59,391 nt of DNA from Girardia tigrina (GCA_001938485.1 MQRK01247609.1:1-59391), one strand, 5' to 3'. Positions 38,750-51,829 are shown, counted from the stretch's first letter. The notes: generated by a model not told the origin, from the sequence alone. A program made the numbers and translations.

Positions 38750-39679
38750 CTAATGATGAGGAAAAGTGAAATTCATTTCCCTGCCGTAATTGCATAAAAT
38801 ATTAAAGCATTCTCTGGCTGTTGGTCTTTCAGAAGGATATTTCTCTAAAGTTGACTGTATTAAATTTGCTATAGGTTTTTCATCTATGTTATCAATATAA
38901 TAGTTTTCCAATTCTCTGTTAATAGTTCGCCAGTAAAGTTCCTCGGTTTCATCACAGTTATCAAAAAAAGGATTAACTTTTGTATAAATAAAATGCATTA
39001 CAACGCCAGATGACCAAATGTCAACTGCAAAATTTTGAGGATGTTTTAACAAAACCTCTGGTGCCATAAATCCTTTAGTTCCAGCAAATCCAGTTTTTCG
39101 ATTATTCTTTTCATAAATATAAGATAATCCAAAATCTATAAGCTTTATTTTACGGAATACATTGTTTTCCTTAAAAATGACGATATTATCTGGTTTTATA
39201 TCGGAATGAATAACGGAATGGGAATGCAAATATTTCACCGCACTAAACAGTTGGAAAGCGATCTGAAATGCCGCTTGGTATTTAAAATGACCATGCTTCT
39301 GTACATCATCAAACAAATCCCCTCCATTTGCGTATTCATATAATATTGACTTGTCAAGTTCTTTATCAATAACCACCCTTATACCTTCGATTATATATTC
39401 ATGTCTTCCAATCTTTCGCAATATTCTAATTTCATTTTCTAGAAATTTGGGATTTCTGAATGTTTTTTGAATAACCAAATTATTTGTCGCCAGGTTTTCC
39501 AAAATATAAACATCAGATTGTCGCTTTTTTGACAACAAGGAGACAATTTTGTAATCATCAGAAATGTCTTCCAATGTATTTTTATATTGTTTGTTAAATA
39601 TACCAAGTAATTTTTTATAAGGGATGCCAAGTTTCTTTTCGGTTTGAAACATATTTTTAGATTTAATAAAACTGATCAT
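38750..39679 (-). CDS. Intronless Ser/Thr protein kinase, CAMK-group-like, non-RD, degenerate Gly-rich loop (309 aa)
   Basis: Uninterrupted ORF with VIQK, ENEIRIL, YEYANGGDLF, YLHSHSVIHSDIKPDNI, KLIDFGLS, GTKGFMAPE, DIWSSGV and PSERPTARE. Confidence 0.93.
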   Translation of the reverse strand: MISFIKSKNMFQTEKKLGIPYKKLLGIFNKQYKNTLEDISDDYKIVSLLSKKRQSDVYILENLATNNLVIQKTFRNPKFLENEIRILRKIGRHEYIIEGIRVVIDKELDKSILYEYANGGDLFDDVQKHGHFKYQAAFQIAFQLFSAVKYLHSHSVIHSDIKPDNIVIFKENNVFRKIKLIDFGLSYIYEKNNRKTGFAGTKGFMAPEVLLKHPQNFAVDIWSSGVVMHFIYTKVNPFFDNCDETEELYWRTINRELENYYIDNIDEKPIANLIQSTLEKYPSERPTARECFNILCNYGREMNFTFPHH

Positions 39680-39732
39680 TTAGATCTTATTTGTGATTTA
39701 AGTTACATGTGAAAAGAGATTTATATTAAAGT

Positions 39733-39741
39733 TTTATATAA
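39733..39741 (-). promoter_or_regulatory. Candidate TATA box for the kinase
   Basis: TATATAAAA on the minus strand ~55 nt upstream of the ATG; AT-rich context lowers significance. Confidence 0.35.
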
Positions 39742-40184
39742 TTGTTGTGCAGTAATTGCCATTTTACGGAAATCATTTTTATATGAAACAAATATTGCGG
39801 AAAAAAGATATTATCTCCATCAATCTTCAACAGTATTTTGCGTTATTTTAACAGAATCAACTATCTTCCCTCAAGTCATTTAGAAGATTTACAAAGTTTT
39901 CTTCGGCAATTTCGAACAATACTGATTTACTAATTTTTCTAAGGTCTTTATACATGTATGTTTTCGTAGGGTGATAGATAGATTGTATAATTATAAAGAA
40001 TTGTGGCGTTGCATATAAAATGGTCTAGTAAATATGCTGTAAATTATCTTTTTATTTCTAAAACGTTATCTTTTTTATACATGCTTAAAAATTTTTTGTA
40101 ATAAAAGCTTTAATTTCTAAGAAAAAAATATGTTTTCACTTTAATCATATCAAAAATTCGAATTATATTTATTATTTGAGTTTA

Positions 40185-40580
40185 TATCGTTTTCGATATT
40201 TGAATAAGAATTTATCGAAGTTTTTTATTACCGCAAATTAATAATTTTTATTACAAACAAATTCGAACAAATTTTCATTTCCTTTTAATAATTAATTCGC
40301 CGATATTTATTTTAATTTTCAAATTCCGATTACATTTTTAAAAATTTTAATTAAAAATAATATTTAATTTGATTTTAATTTGATCTAATTTATTCTTAAA
40401 TAAAATTCATTTTTTAAATTGAAAAAGCATTTTTATTACAAAATATTAAAACTCTTAATTTAAAATCAGTTAAAATTTATTTCAAAATAATTTTCATTTT
40501 TAAAATTTAAGAAAACATTTTACCCTATAATATTAAAAATTAATTATTGCTAAAATGTATTATTTACAAAAATTATACTT
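40185..40580 (+). repeat. ~400-bp AT-rich direct repeat, copy 2
   Basis: Colinear with ~36900-37290. Confidence 0.75.
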
Positions 40581-41719
40581 ATAAACATAATTTATTTCAA
40601 TTATATTACGAAACTTTATATAAAATTTATTTTTTTTAATTTTTTAATTTTTAATTATTTATTAAAATAATTAATTTATTAAAAATTATATTATCAAAGG
40701 CAATAATAAAGAATTAGGTAATGAAATAGATATCATAATTATAAGCTATAAGAATTAATGCGAAATAACAAATTCGAAAATTCAAACGGCATCAAAAATA
40801 TCGTATTAGTCGTAGAACCCTCCACAATAAAAAATCAAATTCCAACCGAAAACTCCCTCCAGCAACTATTGCCAGTATCCAAATAACTATCGCTAGTTAA
40901 CAGCAGATCCTTACTGTAATTCAGTCAACCCAATGATCGAAAATAAATACAACAATAACGTTATTCGTTCCTTATTTCCTATCTCTCATTCCCCGAAAAA
41001 TTTTTCTGTTTTCTTTGATAAAAGAAATTATCTGCATTAAATCTGTTGTTTCGAGTTATCTTTAATATATTAGTTTATCGAATTTAATTCTATATTTTAT
41101 TTGTATATTATTCTTTTTTTAAGAAAACTCAAGGATCAAAAATTAAATAAATCTATAAGCTTTCCTCTTTCATTACAAAAACCAGCAAAATCATTAATTA
41201 TCTCAGCTACTAACTTTAACATTTATTAAACCACTTGTACGTAAAATATATAAAATAAAATAAAAAATTACGCAGATTACAAAAATTATGCAGATTACAA
41301 AAGCAAAAACAAAGTATGTAAATAACTATGTCAAAATACATTTTAGAAAATATTATGATATCATTTGTGTTTTTTTTACAAAAATAAGTATTATTTTAGG
41401 TCCCTACAAGTTCAGTTATGGATCAAATATAGGAAGCGACATGAGAGTGATTTCGGGTATTATTCATCAATGTTAATAAAGTTTTAAAACACTTGTTCAA
41501 ACGCGCAAAGTCATTCGTCCTCTCTTATTAAAACACTTTATTGTAAATACATAAATGATGTAATTTTTTGCCAATTAAGATGTAAAATGATGTTTTTTAG
41601 TTTATTATAAAAATTATATTAGTTAAAAATCGTAAATGTAATGTTAAAATATAATTATAATGTAAAAGTAGTGATAATAATATAATTTTCTCAGAAAACT
41701 AATTTTGATTATATATACA

Positions 41720-42110
41720 AATATATAAAATATATATCAAATCCAAAACAAAGTGTCGGTGTATGATTGTTTTGCATTGGCCAAATGTGTTATTATGAGT
41801 GTCCCCAGTGTCAAACCTGGTGCAGTTGAGGGAACACAACGTTCTCTCAGATTTCCATTTGGTCAGGCATTTCAGTCGAATTGCATCGATGAGATTTCGG
41901 ATTGTTTTGAGTTTGATGGGAAGGCTAAAATTGAGTTGATTGCATTGAGTGTGAGAAGTTTCATCTCAATGATTAACTTTTGGTGTGCCGTTAGTTGTCA
42001 TCTTTATCATATGTCTCCGTTACCTTGTAAAGTACGGAACGATAGAGAAAACATATCGTTTTCTCAAATGGCAATTGATATGGTTGGTTTGCGAGAATGA
42101 GATTGATTGC
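41720..42110 (-). mobile_element. Probable 3' fragment of a non-LTR retrotransposon (C-terminal zinc knuckle)
   Basis: RNLIDAIRLKCLTKWKSERTLCSLNCTRFDTGDTHNNTFGQC resembles the LINE C..C...DT..H....C knuckle; A/C-rich sense strand. Confidence 0.45.
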
Positions 42111-42237
42111 ATTTAGTGCATTTTTCTTAATTTTAAGGAAAAGTGAAATAAAATTATTTTCATCCAATAATTTTTTGGATAAATTTTATTTATTTTTGGC
42201 AAGCTACCATATAGTGTACTTGCGTAGTGTATTTTGT

Positions 42238-42278
42238 GACCTGATGATGAGATTATTATTATCTCGAAACGCGTCGTC
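42238..42278 (+). ncRNA. Canonical minimal type I hammerhead ribozyme
   Basis: gac-CTGATGA-t-gagat/tattatt/atctc-GAAA-cgcg-TC-gtc: all core nucleotides intact, palindromic stem III ACGCGU, GUC cleavage site. Confidence 0.9.
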
Positions 42279-44351
42279 TTGTTTTTATCCCTATTATATA
42301 GATTTTATTTTGCAATGTGTATATATATTTATATTTAATTATAACTAGTTATAAACTAGATTCTATTTTTTCACATACATTTACACAAAAAAATTTAGTA
42401 TTCAACGACTTTGGTAAGGAAAATCATTTTATAATGGATAAAATAATATTTGTCTAGTGAGTCAAAAATAATAATTACATTGAGATAAAATATTGTAACA
42501 TTTGAATACTTTAAAAACAAAAGCTTATATCAACATATAACTTATGGTAATATATTAAGTAGTTTTTAAAACAAGTAACAATACAGTAAAATTATTATAT
42601 ATTAATATTATAAATACTTGCTGCCAATTATATTTTTGTAAGTATTTTTAATGGAATAATATAATGGTTATAAGTAGGAATTATTAATAATTTCAATATA
42701 GTTATTTTTTTATTTTTTTATAACGAATATTATTACGAAAGTCTGTACATGCAGGAAAATAATTTTTTCTTGAAGTTGAAAGAAAAATTTACAATGTAAA
42801 TCGGTGCATAATTCATTTATTAAATCTAGAGAGATTTGAGAAGAAAAGTAAAAATCAGGTTTACATGAAGAAAAAATTATATTTATTTTATATTTTGTAT
42901 TGATTAAATTAAAAAATTAATTCTTAATTTCATTTATTTATTTATTTTCGAAAATTATAATAAACTAAATAACTTTTTTGTTCTAATTTTTGTATAAAAA
43001 CAATTAAAAATTATTTTATATGAAACGAAAAGAACTGAACCCCTGCCCTTGAATCCTATCTTTCCAAAGTCTCGAAAATAATTTTTTATCCTTTAGTGAT
43101 ATTTCTAATAAGTATTTTTGATATATACTCTAATTTTATAACTCCTGTATTAGAATTATAAGAACTCTTACAAAATAAGTTAGAAAATTTCGATCCCATT
43201 AAGTCTGAATGTTAAATAAGGAAGCCTCGCGGCAATATATCTCACCAGAAAACGTTAAATGGTTAAAACGATTTTTCCGAAAAAAAAATCGTGAAAAAGA
43301 ATATATTTTATAAATACAATTATTCAAAAACGAAGAAAACTTTTCGTAAAATAAATTAAAATAATGTTAGATAAAGATAAGATTTGTATTAGGAAATGAG
43401 AAATTTACAAAGATATAACTTATTTATATAAAAAAGATTTACAAGTTCATAAACTGGAATTAGTAAAAATTCTTAGAAAACTTTATCAAAACAATTAAGT
43501 CGACCTTCATAAGAAAATTTTTTTTGTTGCTTTTGGAGTCCTATGTCATGTTGGATTATACGATGTTAATAAAAGTATATGTAAAAGACCAATAATTTAT
43601 TAACAAAATGAAGCTGTTCACTTAGTCAAATCCCTTCTTTGGTCAAAGATATTTGACATTAAAAAACAAACAACCTATCTATGTTTTAAGGAAATTTTGT
43701 TACGTTATAATTAATGAAATACACAAAAATAATTATAAATCTTTGCTGGTATAACAATTAAATATTGGTAATGGATATATTGATACAATATGTTTATAAA
43801 TGTTTTAAAATAAAAAAGCAATGACTTCTTTTTAATTTTCTATCTTTTATCTATGTCATTTATAAATTATTTTATTTGTGAAATATAATACTTCCGTGTT
43901 TGAACATTCCTTAACAGTGTTCTTAATATGATGTACGCCTTTTTTATATTTATATTTCATTTCTATAGATTTATCTTTTTTTAAAAAAAGATCATTGCAA
44001 AAAAATTTGCAAGAAAATAAACTTTAGGGAAACATAAATGAAACACAAAGGATTAATCTATTTTTTGTAAATTTCTAAAGACAACAACACTTCTTTGTAA
44101 AAGACAACCTTTTCTTTTACCAATTCAAAAGAAAATATTTCTCTAATAAATAAAAATAATTATTCTCCACGAAAAGGTGACTCGGTACTTTGTCTAAGCT
44201 ATTGTTTTTTCACACTATTTCATATATTTATTTAGTGATATTTTATTTTTCTTGTATTTGTTATTAAAGATGTGATATGTCAATTATACTATATTATATT
44301 GTTTGGGATTCGAATATTTTGTATTTATATATTAACTTTATCATTACGTAT

Positions 44352-46493
44352 TATTAGTGGTTCTTGGAACCTCGTCAGAATTATTAGTAGCAGACATTAA
44401 AACTTTTATTATACAACAAAAAAATGTTTAAATCTAATATTTAAACAAATTTATTTTTTTGAGAAACTATTTATTTCATAAATCTTAAACCGATATAGAT
44501 AAAATATACTTATAAATATTCATATTTGATTTTTTAATTACTTATATAAATCAATTTTAAATTACGATAACATTTTAAAATATTTAATCGTTCCATTTAA
44601 TTTTATTACTTTTTTTTAAAATCGTTTCACATAAAAATTATACACTTTTTTTTCCTTTTTATATTATATTAAAACTCTCAAAAAAATTTTATTAGCAATT
44701 TAATTGATCTTAATTTTAGTAATTTTATTTTTTTTCAAACGTTACATTTAATTATATAAAAAGTTTAATTTGTACATATTTAATATAACCTTCTATCAAA
44801 AATTTTCCTAACATTTTTAATTCCTAACATTCCCCCTTTTCTTTAAAATTTTTGAACTTTTCGACATTTCTTACTATTTGTTTTTTCTCTTTATCCTCCA
44901 GTTTATAACTCCTNTCATGAATTTTNTCTATGATGGTNTATGGTCCCTCATATCTGTCATCATCTTTATTTCTTATCTCTTTTTTTACCCACACCTGATC
45001 TCCGATATTGAAATTTCGTTGTGTTTTTCCGTCTGGATACTTGATGTTTTCGTCTGACATGTTCATTTTATTGCTATACAACTTTAGCCTATCTATTTTT
45101 CTATTTAAAATTACTTCAGCCGGACTTCTTCCAATTGTTTTCCGTCGTGTTGCATTTAATGTGAATTCCACCTCTGGGAGCATATCAGCCCAACTCGTCT
45201 CTTTTCTTTCTTTTAAACTTGCTTGTATATACTCTCGTATCGTTCGGAATTGTCTTTCCACCNNNNNNNNNNNNNNNNNNNNNNNNNNNNNNNNNNNNNN
45301 NNNNNNNNNNNNNNNNNNNNNNNNNNNNNNNNNNNNNNNNNNNNNNNNNCCCACAATCCACATGTATTTCCTTAGGAGCACCAAATTTTAATATCCATTT
45401 GTCAAAATCGTTTGCATAATCGTCTGTTCATCTTGTCGTTTGATGGCTGTTAAAATGATATATTTGCTGAAATGATCAATCATGGTCATTATATATTTTT
45501 CTTTTCTTATTGTTTCTCTCCATGGGCCACATATATCAATGTATACTTTCTCAAACGGTTCAGAAGATGTTATCTTGATTGTTTCTTCTTTAGTCTTCGA
45601 TGTATCTGTTTTTGTTCGTTGAAATTCTATACAAGTTCCAACTACTTCTTTCACTGTATTCCGTTCCTCTTCCATATCAAATTTATCCTTTAAATAATGG
45701 TAAGCTTTTTCTGCTCCTGCATGACATAGCAATCTATGTGTCTGTGTGATTAATTCACTTCTTTTCTCTTTTGGTATCCCTTCTCTGTGTGCTTCTTTTG
45801 CCTGACTTCTTGTTGTAACCGCTAATAATCGTGTGTTAAGTCTGTCTGATTTTGCGTCTTCATGTTGCATTTGGCACTGGGTATATGTGTCACATTTGCT
45901 TCGAGACAGCATATCTGCATTTCCATGTAATTCACCTTTTCTGTATACCATCTCTATATCTAAACTACTGAGATAATTGATCCATGTCTGGAACAGGGTT
46001 GTTATTGGTTTTTTTGTATGTAACATAAAAGTGATGGCTTTATGATCTGTCCGTAGTTTAAATCTTTTCCCATATAAATAATGATTGAAATGTGGACAGA
46101 AATAATAAATGGCCAAAAGTTCTTTTCTAGTTATGCAGTATCTTTTTTCATGAGCTCCCATAGAATGTGAGTCATAAGCTATAACGTGTTCTCTTTCCGA
46201 TTCGCCAACTTGTGACAATACTGCTCCTATACTATCAAAACTGGTATCCGTATCCAAAATAAACTCTTTATTGAAGTTTGGGAATGCTAAAATTGGGGCT
46301 GTTATGAGGGATTTCTTCATATCGTTAAAAGCTAGTTCACATTCGTCCGTCCATACTAGTTTATCTTTATTCGATCCGCATAACCCTTCTAACGCCCTGG
46401 CCTTTTACAATTTAATTATATAAAAAGTTTAATTTGTACATATTTAATATAACCTTCTATCAAAAATTTTCCTAACATTTTTAATTCCTAACA
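44352..46493 (-). mobile_element. Ty3/Gypsy LTR retrotransposon, internally deleted (5' LTR remnant 46405-46493; RNase H and integrase; PPT; 3' LTR 44352-44829)
   Basis: APILAFPNFNKEFILDTD, CITRKELLAI, RTDHKAI, NADMLSR, HRLLCHAG, VYIDICGP, IDHFSKY, VERQFRTI, GPY-like YEGP. PPT aaagaaaagggggaa precedes TGTTAGG. 5-bp TSD cgtat at 44347-44351 and 46494-46498. Confidence 0.93.
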
Positions 46494-47044
46494 CGTATAT
46501 CAAATCCAGTACCTTTCTTCACCGTCATCTAAAATCAATAGTACGGGATTAACCAGTTGATCAATGACAATCATTGTTAACTTTATTCGTTTGTTTTTAT
46601 AAATAATATGTATATAAACGATATGTTGTGTAAAAAAGTAAAAAAAAAACAAGACCGTGTAAAATTAAATTCAAATTTTCTGTTTTGAATTGTTATCAAA
46701 ACATTTTATCGTGGTGACTCATCGAGACAATAATTGTAATCGAGTGGCAGTGTATAGATGTGTGCCAAATATATTTTCTCCATCTGTAATTGCTACCACC
46801 GTTCGTCGTGTATTCGTATGTTGGAGTGATCCGTTAACTGGCGTGCACAAGGTTGTTTGTTTGTATTTAATTGATTGTTTAGACTAATGTGAAATTTGAA
46901 CGAAACCTTGAGTTATCTTTATGGATTTTTTTTGGATGTTTGCTTTGTTAGTGGAACTGAACCGTGTTTTTTATCGGTTTGTGTTCGAAAGAACTGAAAT
47001 TGATTTAATTTTGTCAAAGTTGTCAGATGTTGAAGTTTGAAATA

Positions 47045-48213
47045 TTAGGTTGTCCTAAAAGTTCCCGGTCAATAATGAAAATACATTTTTTTTTAATTTC
47101 TTTTTGACATTATTTATTTGATATTGATATATATCGATTTATTTATAGCATTATACGGACTACGAGATTACAAAGCTTGAAATCCGTGTGTTGCTGCGTC
47201 ACTATTGGAAGAAAGGCTTGTCAACACGAGATGCTCCCAAGGCAATTTGCAAAGTTGAAGGTACACAAACGGTCGGAAAAAGTACGGCAATTGATTGGTT
47301 CAAGCGTTTCAATAAAGACAACTTTGACTTGAATGACAGTCCTCGTTCTGGACGACAAACAAAATTGGATAACGATGACTTTCAAGCAGAGTTGGACATG
47401 AAGCCTTCGCGATTTGACATTTAAGCTTGCAGTTGACAAGTAAACCATACATTGACATTTGAAGCAGTTCGACTTTGGGCACAAAAAACCGCGTTAAGAT
47501 CCACACGAATTTACCAAAGCACATGCCGATAAAAGAGTCCAAATTTGCCGACAACTGCTACAGAATCCACAAGATGACCGCTTTTGAAAACGAATTGTGA
47601 CATCGGACGAGAAGTGGGTCTACTTGGTCAACCAAACCGATACAAGTTATGGGTTCCACCGGGTCAAGCAATGTCGTCAGTTCCAAAACAAAATCGATTT
47701 GGATTGAAAATCATGTTGTGCGTCTGGTGGAACTTTGACGGAGTTATGCACTTTGAGTTAGTTCAGAACGGCCAGGCCATCAATGCAGAGCTCTATTGTC
47801 AACAGTTGTACCGTGTCTACGAGAAGCTCAAGAAGAAGTACCCTGGCTTAATCAACCGAAAACGTGCACTGCTTCCGCAAGACAATGCGGAGCCGCATAT
47901 CGCCAAAAGGATCACGGGCAGGTTCCATGAGTTGGATGGAGTTGAAATTCTGCCGCATCTTGCTTACAGTCCTGATTGCGCTCCATCCAAATATGACCTC
48001 TTCCGATCCATGCAACATTTCTTGAAAGGCCGCCGATTCAAAACATTCGATGAAGTTTTACAAGTATGTCAAGAGCTCTTCAATTCTAAGCAGCCGGAAT
48101 GGTATTTTGACCAGATATATACTTTGCAGATTAATTGTTATTTATTTAAAATATATTCTTGCACAAAAAATTCTACTTTTCATTCTTGACCGGGAACTTT
48201 TAGGACAACCTAA
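47045..48213 (+). mobile_element. Mariner transposon, copy 1 of a family also at 56027-57236; pseudogene
   Basis: TA TSDs; perfect 28-bp TIR ttaggttgtcctaaaagttcccggtcaa. Motifs IVTSDEKW, IMLCVWW, QDNAEPH, YSPDCAPSKY. Confidence 0.95.
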
Positions 48214-49970
48214 TAAAATTTGATCCCGGTTCGAAATTAATGAATTTTCTATCGTTTCAAATCTTTAATCTAATTGCGTTTTAAGTTATTAAGAACACCG
48301 ATTTGACTTTTCATATTTTTATTAACACAACAATTTCGATTGTCCTTAAGACAATCTTTGTCAAAGCTTTCGTACGAGTGCATGCCTAACTAAATAATTT
48401 AATAATTAAATAATATTAATATTAAAAAATTAAATAATATTAATATTAATAATAATTAAATAATTTAATAATTAAAAATAAAAATATTTTTTGTCAACAA
48501 ATAATTGTTTATATTTTGTTAAAAAATTTATTTTATTGTCTATAAAATAATTTTAAAAATATATTTTGTATATTGATTCTTTTAGTCAAAAAAACTGATA
48601 GAAAATAATAACAGGGATACATAATCATTTAAATTTAATCTGGTTTTATTCTGAAATTTTTCAATCTTTTATTATTTAGAACAATAGATTTTTCATGTCA
48701 AAAGATATCTTTAATCTGTCTATTTATTATACACTATCAGATGACGACTTTTTCTAAAGATTTCCTGGACTATATATTCTTTTTAATTAATTAAAGCATT
48801 TAAATAGCTTAGAACAATACTTTTTGTTAGGATTTAAATATTTTTGAAATGTGGAAAATGGTTTGGGGTCAATGATTAAAAGCAGTTTTGATGATATTTT
48901 TATAATATACATAATACGATTTCAAATTTTATATTTACAATAAAAAATAATTTAAAAGTTATTTTATATTATTTAAAAGTTAATAAAACAAAGATTATAA
49001 GAACAATTATAAAGAACATTTATAATAAGTCTCCTCGACTATGACGGATAAATTTGTTTAAATAGCAAACTATGATACTAAGCATTTACAAACAGAGTAG
49101 TGAATCATAGAGTCTGTATCGGTCGGAAACCTAAAAAAAGCAAGAGTTCTGATCCTCTCACACGACTTTGGTTTCATAAGGCTTTGACTTAATACGCAAA
49201 CTGAGTGCAACGGAAAAATATATCCAAAGAGACATCTTTTCTTCCGCTATATTATCCAGTAGAAATCTAAGCCAAGTTCTGGATCGCTGCCCTCAGCAGC
49301 ACTACAGACACTGGCACATAAATATTTAAGATCGGATTCAAATAATCTGTACGTCATTGTTTTGAGATTTCTTGTTCATTTACGGTACTATTATTACCAT
49401 TAACATTTATTCGATGATCATCTAAAATATGTCTTTACAATCATCCTTTGATTTTATAACTTTTGTGGCAGTTTTCAATGGGGAATATATAAGAATCACT
49501 CTGTCGCTGAGGCGCCAATTCAGAAAATGTGTTCCTCAATATATTTAGATTTCTGCTGACATGATTGATATTGAAATTAAGGATCATCTATATATATGCC
49601 AATCTATTGACTTTCATTTCAGCATCACTTTCGTCAATGAAGCTTATTCCGCTCGGGAAACTTTTATGTATAGTCGTTTTAATGACTTCGTCGAAAACCA
49701 AGTTAAATAAATAATACCCTATCAAAAATTTCTGTTTGACCTCTCTTTCAATGAAAAATCGCTATTCCCCACAGAAGTAAAAAAAATTCTCATGAAATCT
49801 TTTAATCAGACAAAGATTTTTGCCGGTTAAACTGATTATTTTTAGGCTTGTCTTATTTATTATTTTAATAGTTTAAATTTTCAAATATCTTAAAATGTAA
49901 ATTATGATTGAACAATCAATTTAAATTTCCCAGTTATCTTTGGATGGATTTAGACTTTATTTTTCTAATA

Positions 49971-50785
49971 TTAGGTTGGTCGAAAAATAATGGCGGTTTT
50001 GGGACACAAACTTCAAAGACGTGCAAATTCACAGAAACAAAAGTTTATTAATCAAAGTATGAACCGTTGGCATCAATACATTTTTGCCAACGAGAAACAA
50101 ATTGTTTTATTCCATCAGCATAAAATGCATCGGTTCTCGAAGCGACGAATTCTTGGAAAGCATTTTGAGCATCATTTTGCTTTTTGAAAATTTTTTCACA
50201 TAGGAAGTTGTACAAATGCCTGAAAAAGTAGAAGTCCGTTGGCGAGAGATCTGGTGAATATGGTGGATGAAGCAGGGTTTCATAGCCCAACTCATTAAGN
50301 NNNNNNNNNNNNNNNNNNNNNNNNNNNNNNNNNNNNNNNNNNNNNNNNNACTTTTTCGATTGACCAATCCCGGACAAAGGGTTTTCATTTTTTATGCATT
50401 TCATCAATTTCATGACAGTACCTCTCCGCTGTGATTGTTTCACCTGGATTCAAGAAACTATAGTGGATAATTCCAGCATCTCACCACCAAACTGTCACCA
50501 TAACCTTACGGGGTGTTAGTTTCGGTTTTAGAAAGTGTTTCGGTACTTCATCTTTGTCCAACCACTGTGCAGATCGACGTCCGTTATCATACAGGATCCA
50601 TTTCTCATCACAGGTAACAAAACGATCAAGAAATGGATCGTTTTTATTGCGAAGATGATTGACAGAACAAATTTCATAGCGTCGGTTCTTTTGATTTTCA
50701 TTCAAATCATGTGGAACCCATTTATTGATTTTCTTGATTTTTCCGACGTAGATGTATAATTTTGATATGGAAACAGTGAACAAGT
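49971..50785 (-). mobile_element. Mariner transposon (cecropia/Hsmar1-like), 3' two-thirds only
   Basis: TA + TIR ttaggttggtcgaaaaataatggcggtttt. Motifs WVPHDL, VTCDEKWILYDN, VMVTVWW, HPPYSPDLSPTDF, RWQKCIDANGSYFD. Confidence 0.92.
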
Positions 50786-51162
50786 ATTGACTTCTAATTT
50801 GGTTTTTAAGATAATAATTAGAAACTCTTTTTCGACATTTTTAACTATTGAATTTATTCACTACTCCATACCTTAATTCTTCAAATTTTGAATCATATAT
50901 TCCTATGTCTTATCTCCAATCCATTAGGTGTATCACCATTTATTGCAATATCATTATCTTTTATAGAGGCATTGTAGTCCATATTGAGGAAAATTAGAAA
51001 AAGATAACTCCTGAAAATAAATTTCATAAGCCATTATCTCCGTTAACAGAAGATTGAAGACGGTTTTTAATATTTTCATAGCATAAGTTCGTAATTTTCA
51101 ATATAGATGTGGAAATCTGGAATGTGGGCAAGGAAGCGAATCTTAAGTGTAAAAATTTTTTT

Positions 51163-51302
51163 ACCGTAATTTGATGGCGTGTGAGAGTTGTATGGGTCGC
51201 CATCACACCCACGCACGACGTGGACCGATACGGTCGGGAAGGAATTCTCAGGACTATGAGTTATATAGAGGAACTACATTAATTTATTGGTCGATTTACG
51301 TA
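51163..51302 (-). ncRNA. Candidate degenerate HDV-like ribozyme at the RTE 5' end
   Basis: Minus strand: P2 accgta/tacggt, P3-L3 cgg-tccacg-tcg, P4 atggcg/cgccat, then C-A-A-A. P1 is only partly satisfiable (acgta/tgcgt). Confidence 0.45.
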
Positions 51303-51829
51303 TTATTAAATAATTGATTAAATCAATTAAAAAAAAATAAAAAATCGCAAAAAAATCGAGAATAAAAGAATGATTTGAACAAATATATTTTTTACAGAAA
51401 TATCAAATCATTTCGAATTGTGACAGTCATTTTGAGAATATTTACACAATTGTTATTACAGTGATATTTATTATTTATATTTATTTTTTTAAATAGATAA
51501 GTAAAATAAACTAGTAAATCAAAAAAATAAATTTTTTATATCCATTCTTTATGCAGACAGAACTCCACTTTGACAACAAAGTTTTTAAAATTTAAAAAAA
51601 TTTAATTAAAAAAACATTAAAAATTAACATAAACTACATATAATTTATAAGTATATATCTTGCAATTAATATTGTTCAGGGAACTCCAAATTTTCCGTTT
51701 TTTCCCATTTTGGGACCTTAAAAAGTTTTTTTCGATCAAATTTTTACATAATCATTCATTGTCATCGAAAATGAGTAAGTGTGCAAAATTTGGAGAAAAT
51801 TGTGACAAAATTTCAAGTTGAAATACGTT

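Larger units (their letters stand above)
49025..51302 (-). mobile_element. Decayed RTE-like retrotransposon (5' structured RNA, APE remnant, RT remnant, C-terminal C2H2 fingers), interrupted by a mariner
   Basis: 50800-51000 MDYNASI...NG, similar to APE GDFNA..NxNG. 49550-49850 LIKRFHEN..FIEREVKQ..LFNLVFDEV..SGI..KVNRLAYI(DD). 49025-49490 is paralogous to 37820-38350. Confidence 0.6.

Noticed and set aside
41753-42348. Plus-strand ORFs of 115 and 83 aa, and similar short ORFs elsewhere
   Set aside because: Antisense shadows of element fragments or AT-rich noise with no domain signal.
48220-48245. ggttcgaa resembling a tRNA T-loop / B box
   Set aside because: No T-stem pairing or cloverleaf.
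48390-48480. AT-only palindromic tandem repeats
   Set aside because: Low-complexity slippage. No repeat-spacer (CRISPR-like) arrays were seen anywhere in the window.
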